A stretch of DNA of 64,000 nucleotides from NCBI GenBank assembly GCA_937146805.1, contig CAKZRR010000003.1, forward strand, positions 6,332 through 70,331, read 5' to 3'. Positions within the stretch are counted from its first letter, which is position 1. Each line of letters opens with the position of its first letter. This DNA comes from an uncultured Owenweeksia sp. GTDB taxonomy: Bacteria; Bacteroidota; Bacteroidia; Flavobacteriales; Schleiferiaceae. Below are positions 57,081 to 64,000 of this stretch, one piece after another. Under the pieces are notes generated by a model. The model was given only the letters and a program-made list of their open reading frames with translations. It did not search any database and was not told where the DNA came from. The position numbers and the translations under genes were made by a program.

Positions 57081-57614
57081 TTACGATTTTTTAATACTTA
57101 GAATTTTTATTTCGTACACCAACGGTGTCATTGGGGGTACCTTATTTTGATCTCCAGCCACCCCAAAAGCGAGGTGCGAAGGTAATATAAATCGACCCTT
57201 ATCGCCAAGGCCTAAATACTTTACTGCTTCATGAATCCCAATCTCTACATCTCCTTGATCTACTTTAAATATTTGGGGTTCTGTTTCATCGCTAGAGTAC
57301 AATAATTCACCGGTAAGACTAAAGGTTTTTATCTCCATTTCTACAATATCCATGGTAACAATTTTTATGGAGTCGGATCCGCTCTCAAGTAGGGAATAGT
57401 AAAGACCGGTACCTGTTCTTTCCATCTTCAATTCCCTTTCGGTGATGTAGGTTTCGATAGAGGCTCGCTCTTTGGCTAAAAAATCGCGCCTTGCCTCTAC
57501 CCTTCGTTCGCTGCGTTCCTCCAAGGTTTCAGCTGGGGCAGCGCTTTTCTTGGTAGAGCACTCGCAACTTAGTAACATTAATCCGCTCGCCAGTGCTAGG
57601 GTCCAATATTTCAT
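57081..57614 (-). CDS. gldI: FKBP-type lipoprotein PPIase, GldI-like
   Basis: Lipobox LLSC, TGTGLYY, SHLAFGVAGD..KVPP; nrnA-gldI-ppi order is typical of Flavobacteriia. Confidence 0.65.
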   Translation of the reverse strand: MKYWTLALASGLMLLSCECSTKKSAAPAETLEERSERRVEARRDFLAKERASIETYITERELKMERTGTGLYYSLLESGSDSIKIVTMDIVEMEIKTFSLTGELLYSSDETEPQIFKVDQGDVEIGIHEAVKYLGLGDKGRFILPSHLAFGVAGDQNKVPPMTPLVYEIKILSIKKS

Positions 57615-58636
57615 ATAACCTTTGTATTTAATTGTTCTTTATATTTTGGCAGAATAGATCTTATTTTGGATAGAGTTTCTTCTAAACCCATATCCGAAAT
57701 GCCTCCTGCGGCATTAATATGACCTCCTCCCGAAAAATGTTGCCGCGCCATTTCGTTTACGTTAAAACTGCCTTTAGATCTAAAAGACATTTTCACCTTT
57801 CCGTCTTTTTCGCTGCAAAAAATACTCAACACCTTTCCTTGTAACGACAAACCTTGATTTACAAAACCCTCAGTATCGCCTTTTTTATAATTGAATTCGG
57901 CTAAATCTGTTGCACTTAAATGCAAAATAACCACAGGTAAATCTGCTACCAATTCCATTTTATCAAGAAGCCTCCCCAACAAACCTAATCTAGCTGGGGT
58001 ATTGGTGTCGTAAATATTTGCTGCCACCTTATTAGGTGCCACCCCAATGGCGAGTAACTTTCCTGCCACCTCGTGGGTGTGAATAGAAGTACTGGCAAAC
58101 CTAAAGTTACCCGTATCAGTAATAATTCCAGAGTACAAACATTCCGCAGCAGCGGTATCCAAAAGAGTTGTAAGCCGTAAATTCTCTATTAAATGAAAAA
58201 CCATTTCACAGGTAGATGACATCGAAGTATCGGAGTATAACACATCCGCAAAATCATCCGGCTCCTGATGATGATCGATCACTAAACGTTTTGCTGTTGC
58301 ATTTGTTAAAACCTGCAGCATAGGTCCACTTCGTTTCAACGAGTTGTAATCCAAATAGATTATCAAATCCGCCTCTTGCAATGCTTTGTTTGCCGCTTCT
58401 TCCCGTTCATCAAAAATCAGGGCTTTATCAGCTCCTTTCATCCAAGCTAAAAAACTTGGGAAAGTATTGGGTACCACCACTTGCGCAGCTTTTCCCATTT
58501 CGTTTAAAACCAATTGTAATCCAAGTGCGCTTCCCATGGCGTCTCCGTCAGGGTTTACATGATTTGTGATTACAATTTTTTGGGAATTTTGTATCAGAAT
58601 CGAAGCCGATTCAACTAAGGATGTATCTAATTTCAT
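57611..58636 (-). CDS. nrnA: DHH/DHHA1 oligoribonuclease / pAp phosphatase
   Basis: HVNPDGDAMGS, IDHH, GIITDTGNF, SFRSKG, GGGHINAAG; start supported by an adjacent -7 box. Confidence 0.92.
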   Translation of the reverse strand: MKLDTSLVESASILIQNSQKIVITNHVNPDGDAMGSALGLQLVLNEMGKAAQVVVPNTFPSFLAWMKGADKALIFDEREEAANKALQEADLIIYLDYNSLKRSGPMLQVLTNATAKRLVIDHHQEPDDFADVLYSDTSMSSTCEMVFHLIENLRLTTLLDTAAAECLYSGIITDTGNFRFASTSIHTHEVAGKLLAIGVAPNKVAANIYDTNTPARLGLLGRLLDKMELVADLPVVILHLSATDLAEFNYKKGDTEGFVNQGLSLQGKVLSIFCSEKDGKVKMSFRSKGSFNVNEMARQHFSGGGHINAAGGISDMGLEETLSKIRSILPKYKEQLNTKVI

Positions 58637-58641
58637 TAGTG

Positions 58642-58649
58642 CAAATATA
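58642..58649 (-). promoter_or_regulatory. -7 promoter box (nrnA-gldI-ppi operon)
   Basis: TATATTTG on the minus strand, 5 nt before the ATG. Confidence 0.62.
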
Positions 58650-58686
58650 GGCCAAGCTTTTATGCCTGTGGCTGCAAATTGCCTTC

Positions 58687-58694
58687 TATATTTG
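58687..58694 (+). promoter_or_regulatory. -7 promoter box (ctaA)
   Basis: TATATTTG 4 nt before ATG 58699; divergent from the nrnA promoter. Confidence 0.62.
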
Positions 58695-58698
58695 CCCA

Positions 58699-59703
58699 AT
58701 GGAAAAGTGGATACGAAGACTTACTCGCCTAGAAATAGTATTGGTATTTTTAGTGATTATTGCGGGTAGTGTGGTGCGAATGACAGGATCTGGCATGGGT
58801 TGTCCCGATTGGCCCAAATGCTTCGGACACCTTATTCCGCCTACCGATAGAGCGCAATTAGATTGGCTACCAAACCACACCTTTACTAAAGGACAAATTA
58901 TTATTGCGGATGAAAGTTTACAAGTGGCCGCAAACAATTTTACAAGCACTTCAACTTATAACAAAATCAACTGGAAACCCTATACCAAGCACAACTATGC
59001 AGAATTTAATCCCGTTCATACTTGGATAGAATATATCAACCGGCTGTTTGGTGCCCTTTCAGGGATTCCAATGCTACTATTGGTTTTTATAAGTGCCTTA
59101 TACCTCAAAAAAAACTGGAAATATTTTGCATTGTCAATCTCTGGGTTATTCCTTTTAGGATTTGAAGCTTGGCTTGGGAAATTAGTGGTAGATGGTAATT
59201 TAATTCCTGGAAGCATCACCATTCACATGCTAGGATCGCTTGTTATAATTGGTGTTTTAATGCTATTACTTCGTTTGGTTTCAGACAAAGCAGTGGCATC
59301 AATCACCAAAAAACAGCAACAATTTTTATTATTGACTTTGCTGCTTACCATACTACAAATTGGCCTTGGCACCCAAGTACGTGAGCAAATTGATGTATTA
59401 AATGATGAAGGGCTTGTTCGTAGCAGCTGGATTAATCGACTCAATTGGCAATTTTTGGTACACCGAAGCCTGTCTATCGTTTTTGTTATTCTAAATGTTT
59501 GGATTTTTAAACTAACCCGTAGTTCGGCTATAGCTGCCGAGTACCGCTGGGTGCTAATTCTAATCGGTTTTGAAATTTTTGTGGGCGTTGCCCTCAATTA
59601 CTTTGGAATGCCTTTATGGGCACAACCAACCCACCTATTAATAGGAACTTTACTATTCGCCTTTCAAACCTTTGCTTATTTTAAGGTTGTCATTCAAAAC
59701 TAG
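58699..59703 (+). CDS. ctaA: Heme A synthase (COX15/CtaA)
   Basis: VRMTGSGMGCPDWPKC, EYINRL, TIHM, VHRS, QPTHL; about 8 TMs. Confidence 0.87.
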   Translation: MEKWIRRLTRLEIVLVFLVIIAGSVVRMTGSGMGCPDWPKCFGHLIPPTDRAQLDWLPNHTFTKGQIIIADESLQVAANNFTSTSTYNKINWKPYTKHNYAEFNPVHTWIEYINRLFGALSGIPMLLLVFISALYLKKNWKYFALSISGLFLLGFEAWLGKLVVDGNLIPGSITIHMLGSLVIIGVLMLLLRLVSDKAVASITKKQQQFLLLTLLLTILQIGLGTQVREQIDVLNDEGLVRSSWINRLNWQFLVHRSLSIVFVILNVWIFKLTRSSAIAAEYRWVLILIGFEIFVGVALNYFGMPLWAQPTHLLIGTLLFAFQTFAYFKVVIQN

Positions 59704-59900
59704 TCAGCATAGAGTATATCCATCGCTTTAAACGAATCCGCTAAAGATGTTTGTACTTTTATCTTATTAAACCCAGCAGGCAAAATACTGCCCAAGTTTT
59801 CGTTCTGTAAAAACACATCAATACTTTCCGCTTCCAACCTGCTTTTCAGCAGATATGCTTCGGTTGCATTGTAAAACTCGGCAATAGTAATTAGTTCCAC
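59700..59900 (-). CDS. DUF2007 putative signal-transducing small protein
   Basis: F.NATEAYLLKSRLEAESI..FLQNE...IKVQ....A..IL pattern; GTG start chosen. Confidence 0.72.
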   Translation of the reverse strand: MELITIAEFYNATEAYLLKSRLEAESIDVFLQNENLGSILPAGFNKIKVQTSLADSFKAMDILYAD

Positions 59901-59928
59901 AGCGGTAATATACCAATTTGCCAGCACC

Positions 59929-61176
59929 CTAGCCTTTCGGCAGATACTCCAAACAGGCCTTTACAATTATATCAGAAGCCCCCTTTTTCGATTCTAAAAA
60001 TTGCCGCGCTTTGGCCTGCAAGTCTTCTTGGAAACTCTTTTCTTTTATCAACTTTCCTAAAACCGACAGTAGTCCATCTCCTTTATCAATTTCAAAGGCA
60101 AAACCTGCCTCCATCATTTCTTTGGGTTCCACAAACCCATCATGTTTTGGTCCAAAAAACACGGGTAAACCATAAGCCGCTGCCTCCAACGAATTATGAA
60201 TTCCCTTGCCAAAGGCTCCACCAATATAGGCCGCATTGCCCAATCTGTACAACCTACTCAGCAATCCAATGGTGTCAATAATAGCCACTTTATAATTTTC
60301 GGGATTTGAAGGTACATTACTGTATTTAAAACAGTTACCAACACCAAACAGCCTTTCAATTCTACTAACATTGGCGGGGCGTATATCGTGCGGTGCAATA
60401 ATCAATTTTACATTTGGAAATGTATACAAGGCTCTTTTCAATATTTCCTCTCCAGGTTCCCAGGTACTCCCTCCTATCAAAACAAAACTCTCACCCACAA
60501 AACTCTCCAGCGCCTTGCCCTCCCAATCTGTTTTTACGTTTTGCTTTACGCGATCTATTCGACTATCGCCACAAACCTCAGCTTTCCCAAAATTATTCTC
60601 TTCCAATACCTTTTTAGATTCTTCATCCTGAACCAAAACGGTATTAATCCTTTGAAAAATAGATTTGAAGAAATTTCGATGTAGCTTTTTGAAATAGAAA
60701 AAGTCCTTAGAAAAATAGGCCGGTGCCAGTACTATTGGGATTTTCTTTTGCTGAAGAGTGGTAATGAAATTAGGCCATATTTCATATTTTACAAACAAGG
60801 CCATAGACGGCTTCACAATTTCCAAAAAACGTACAGCATTGGCCTTGGTATCGCTGGGCATATAAAATACCCAATCGGCTAAGTTCTTAGGGTTGAAATG
60901 GTGATATCCCGAAGGGGAAAAAAAAGTAACCAATATTTTATAGGTTGGTCTTTCTATTCGCAGGCGCTCTAAAATAGGTATGGCCATTTCAATTTCGCCC
61001 AAAGAGGCGGCATGCACCCAAATTACTTTTTCTTCATTTTGTATAGCATCCTTTAATTTTACAGACCACTTTTTACGTCCATTAACCCAATCTTTAGCTT
61101 TTGTATTAAATGGAGATGCCAAACGAATAACCAGTTTGTATCCGTAAACAGACAAAGTGTAAAGCGCTCTATACAT
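59929..61176 (-). CDS. waaA: Kdo transferase
   Basis: IWVHAASLGE, VTFFSPSG, FVKYEIWPN, GDSRID, IDTIGLL..LY, GIHNSLEAAAYG. Confidence 0.93.
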   Translation of the reverse strand: MYRALYTLSVYGYKLVIRLASPFNTKAKDWVNGRKKWSVKLKDAIQNEEKVIWVHAASLGEIEMAIPILERLRIERPTYKILVTFFSPSGYHHFNPKNLADWVFYMPSDTKANAVRFLEIVKPSMALFVKYEIWPNFITTLQQKKIPIVLAPAYFSKDFFYFKKLHRNFFKSIFQRINTVLVQDEESKKVLEENNFGKAEVCGDSRIDRVKQNVKTDWEGKALESFVGESFVLIGGSTWEPGEEILKRALYTFPNVKLIIAPHDIRPANVSRIERLFGVGNCFKYSNVPSNPENYKVAIIDTIGLLSRLYRLGNAAYIGGAFGKGIHNSLEAAAYGLPVFFGPKHDGFVEPKEMMEAGFAFEIDKGDGLLSVLGKLIKEKSFQEDLQAKARQFLESKKGASDIIVKACLEYLPKG

Positions 61177-61925
61177 TAATCGTAATAGAAGGTTTGTGAA
61201 CTACCTCCAGTGTAAATCGGTAAAATCCAATCCAACCTAAAGCCATAAATTAAATCAAAGTTGGTACCTGATGTAGGTCTGCCTGTACTGTAATCAAACT
61301 TGCGATAGTTAGTTGTAAAAGCCTCTAAAAGCTCAAACGAGAATTTAAAATTTATTCGCTTTTTGGGAGATAAGAAAGTGTACCCAATGGACTGCTTCAG
61401 CATAAATCCACCGCTACTTTCATCATACCCTTTTCGGTATTCCTCCTCCAGTTGTGGAATACTATTACCCGCATTATCAATCTCTACCCAATGAATTAGG
61501 TAACCTGCACCCATCGAGAAACCAATACCTGAATTAGGATTGGCCGCAAGCCATTTGGTGGTTTTGCCTACTTCCGCTAAACCATAAGCACCTCGCTGCG
61601 AAAGCGAAAAACTAGTATAGTTACCTACTTGGTTTAAAATATCGCCACTGTTTGTGGTTAGCGCGTTTAACAATCTATTGGTGTTTCTCACATCGGTGCC
61701 AAACATGTACTGCCCCTGTAAGCTCCATGTCCAGTTTTTATTGGTTTTATAACCCACGGCCAAACCAGCCGATAAGCTTTGTCCAAATCGGTCACCCATA
61801 TCACCTCCGGCAAATTGAATACCCAAGGATGGTTGAATTAACACTGCGGACTCTGGATTTTTAACCTTCTGCGCATTTAAAAACGAAGCAAAAGAAATAA
61901 GCAATAAAAAAAGATGTTTTTTCAT
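61176..61925 (-). CDS. Hypothetical outer-membrane beta-barrel protein
   Basis: Signal peptide, amphipathic aromatic strands; TAATG coupling to waaA. Confidence 0.65.
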   Translation of the reverse strand: MKKHLFLLLISFASFLNAQKVKNPESAVLIQPSLGIQFAGGDMGDRFGQSLSAGLAVGYKTNKNWTWSLQGQYMFGTDVRNTNRLLNALTTNSGDILNQVGNYTSFSLSQRGAYGLAEVGKTTKWLAANPNSGIGFSMGAGYLIHWVEIDNAGNSIPQLEEEYRKGYDESSGGFMLKQSIGYTFLSPKKRINFKFSFELLEAFTTNYRKFDYSTGRPTSGTNFDLIYGFRLDWILPIYTGGSSQTFYYD

Positions 61926-61950
61926 TGGTGAAAGCGGATATTAATTAAGG

Positions 61951-61958
61951 CAAATTTA
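61951..61958 (-). promoter_or_regulatory. -7 promoter box
   Basis: TAAATTTG on the minus strand upstream of the barrel-waaA operon. Confidence 0.5.
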
Positions 61959-61981
61959 GGATATCATAACAAAGGCTGCTC

Positions 61982-61989
61982 TATATTTG
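61982..61989 (+). promoter_or_regulatory. -7 promoter box
   Basis: TATATTTG upstream of the DegT-ugd operon. Confidence 0.58.
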
Positions 61990-62010
61990 TTGCCACAGAA
62001 AATGTAGTTT

Positions 62011-63141
62011 ATGAACAAGATTCAAATGGTAGACTTAGTAAGTCAATACCAAAAAATGGAAGCCGAAATAAATGAGGCCGTTATAAATGTTATCAAATCA
62101 TCTGCTTACATAAACGGTCCAGAAGTAAAAAGCTTTCAAAAGGAACTAGAAAATTATTTAGATGTAAAGCATGTAATTCCTTGTGCCAATGGCACCGATG
62201 CTTTACAAATGGCTATGATGGCTTTGGGTTTAAAACCTGGAGATGAAGTGATCACAGCTACTTTTACATTTGTGGCCACAGCCGAGGTAATCGCCCTATT
62301 AGGCTTAGTGCCTGTTTTAGTAGATGTGGACCCTGATACCTTTATGCTTAACCCAGAGCAAGTAGCCAATGCCATTACACCAAAAACAAAGGCCATTGTA
62401 CCTGTTCACTTATTTGGGCAATGTGCTGATATGGAGGCTATTTTAGAAATCGCGACAAAAAACAACCTCTTTGTAATTGAAGATACGGCTCAGGCCATTG
62501 GTGCGGACTATACTTTTAGTAATGGTCAATCGGCTAAAGCCGGAACCATTGGAGATATTGGTACTACTTCCTTTTTCCCCAGTAAAAACTTAGGTTGCTT
62601 TGGAGACGGAGGCGCTATTTTTACCAATAATGACGAATTAGGAGATAAGTTGCGCGTGATAGCCAATCATGGGATGAAAGTGCGTTATTATCATGATGAA
62701 ATTGGTGTTAACTCAAGGTTAGACAGTATTCAAGCGGCTGTTCTAAGAAAAAAATTACCACAATTAGATAGTTACAATGCCGCCAGAAATAAAGCCGCTG
62801 CCTTTTATGATGAAGCTTTTAAAGGACATTCTAAAATAACCACTCCAAAAAGAGCCGATCAAAGCTCGCACGTTTTCCACCAATATACACTCAAAGTAAC
62901 TGGTGTTGATAGAGATGCGTTAATACAACATTTACAGGATAATGAAATACCCGCTATGATTTACTATCCGGTGCCTTTACACATGCAAAAAGCATACACC
63001 GATGAAAGATATAATGTGGGCGATTTTCCCATTGCGGAATCTCTTATTACTCAAGTTATTTCATTACCTATGCATACGGAATTGACTGAAAATCAGCTCC
63101 AATTTATCACTCGATCTTTCTTAACTTTTGTAAATCAATAA
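62011..63141 (+). CDS. DegT/DnrJ/EryC1/StrS nucleotide-sugar aminotransferase (WbpE-like)
   Basis: [48 protein letters not shown]. Confidence 0.94.
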   Translation: MNKIQMVDLVSQYQKMEAEINEAVINVIKSSAYINGPEVKSFQKELENYLDVKHVIPCANGTDALQMAMMALGLKPGDEVITATFTFVATAEVIALLGLVPVLVDVDPDTFMLNPEQVANAITPKTKAIVPVHLFGQCADMEAILEIATKNNLFVIEDTAQAIGADYTFSNGQSAKAGTIGDIGTTSFFPSKNLGCFGDGGAIFTNNDELGDKLRVIANHGMKVRYYHDEIGVNSRLDSIQAAVLRKKLPQLDSYNAARNKAAAFYDEAFKGHSKITTPKRADQSSHVFHQYTLKVTGVDRDALIQHLQDNEIPAMIYYPVPLHMQKAYTDERYNVGDFPIAESLITQVISLPMHTELTENQLQFITRSFLTFVNQ

Positions 63142-63149
63142 ATAAGACT

Positions 63150-64000
63150 ATGAAAATAGTTGTAGTAGGAACTGGCTATGTAGGCCTCGTAACCGGCACA
63201 TGTTTAGCCGAAGTTGGTATTGACGTAACTTGTGTTGACGTTGACACCCAAAAAATTGAAAATCTGAAAAATGGGATTCTTCCTATTTACGAACCTGGTT
63301 TAGATAAACTCGTTCATAAAAATTTCACCAAAGGCCGTTTGCGTTTTAGCACCAGTTTACCCGAAAGTATTCCAGGAGCTGACGTTGCTTTTATTGCTGT
63401 TGGAACCCCACCGGGAGAAGATGGCAGTGCAGATCTTCAATATGTTTTAGCTGTAGCTAAAGAAATTGGAGAACACATGAATGATTACGGTGTAATCATC
63501 ACCAAATCTACGGTACCAGTAGGTACCGCTGCTAAGGTTAAAGGTGCTTTGCAAACCGCTTTGGATGCTAGAGGGGTAAACACAGAATTTGATGTAGCCT
63601 CTAATCCTGAATTTTTAAAGGAAGGAGCGGCTGTTAACGACTTTATGAAACCCGACCGTATTGTGGTGGGTATTGAAAGTGACAAAGCCCGTAAGGTATT
63701 AGACAAATTATACCATCCATTTACCTTAAACGGCCACCCTGTTATTTTCATGGATATTCCTTCGGCAGAAATGACGAAATACGCTGCTAACGCCATGTTA
63801 GCTACCAAAATTAGCTTCATGAATGACATCGCTAATCTATGCGAGATTATGGGAGCTGATGTAAACTTGGTACGCAAGGGTATAGGAACGGACCCAAGAA
63901 TTGGAAACAAATTTATTTACCCCGGCATTGGGTACGGAGGTTCTTGTTTTCCTAAAGATGTAAAAGCATTGGTTCGTACCGCCCGTGAAAACGGACATGA
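63150..64000 (+). CDS. ugd: UDP-glucose 6-dehydrogenase, 5' part (runs off the window; absent from the ORF track)
   Basis: Hand translation [16 protein letters not shown]..., [48 protein letters not shown]. Confidence 0.95.
   Translation, partial: MKIVVVGTGYVGLVTGTCLAEVGIDVTCVDVDTQKIENLKNGILPIYEPGLDKLVHKNFTKGRLRFSTSLPESIPGADVAFIAVGTPPGEDGSADLQYVLAVAKEIGEHMNDYGVIITKSTVPVGTAAKVKGALQTALDARGVNTEFDVASNPEFLKEGAAVNDFMKPDRIVVGIESDKARKVLDKLYHPFTLNGHPVIFMDIPSAEMTKYAANAMLATKISFMNDIANLCEIMGADVNLVRKGIGTDPRIGNKFIYPGIGYGGSCFPKDVKALVRTARENGH

Noticed and set aside
63485-63910. 141-aa minus-strand ORF listed in the ORF track
   Set aside because: Shadow of the plus-strand ugd gene, which was omitted from the track only because it lacks a stop in the window
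59929-64000. waaA-DegT-ugd cluster as a dedicated A-LPS/T9SS anchoring system
   Set aside because: This gene order is common in Bacteroidota, and nothing in the sequence ties it specifically to the array

Overview
AT-rich chromosomal segment from a Bacteroidota bacterium, most likely Flavobacteriales. This assignment rests on T9SS C-terminal sorting domains, a gldI-like gene, TAnnTTTG -7 promoter boxes and the absence of Shine-Dalgarno motifs. No rRNA, tRNA, CRISPR array, IS or integrase was seen. Layout: (i) 1-19 kb is a surface-glycan region interleaved with housekeeping genes (MATE, bioY, two GT4, wcaJ, M1 peptidase, recG, wzm/wzt, two back-to-back sulfotransferases, two GT2, an O-antigen-ligase/TPR protein, DedA). 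(ii) 20.5-35.5 kb is an accessory array of T9SS-secreted proteins: four tandem ~810-aa type-A-CTD paralogs that are sequence mosaics of each other, flanked by two oppositely oriented IgGFc-binding/PKD type-B-CTD paralogs, with a gene remnant marking a rearrangement. (iii) 35.5-38 kb is a putative membrane-anchored XRE-like regulator and secreted partner divergent from a SIMPL gene, with a TTGTAA-N6-TTACAA palindrome between them. (iv) 38-64 kb is mostly core genes: FAD oxidase, DPP-IV plus a POT transporter carrying an unusual ~135-aa periplasmic insert, pheT, uvrB, a TonB-type receptor, a TPR kinase/LytTR pair, three PPIases, nrnA, ctaA, waaA, a DegT aminotransferase and a partial ugd. Best candidates for undescribed biology: the shuffled T9SS glycoprotein array, possible sulfate-capped glycan export through Wzt_C, the XRE-TM/SIMPL module, and the POT transporter with an extra domain next to DPP-IV. 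All product calls come from motif recognition by eye, not from database searches.
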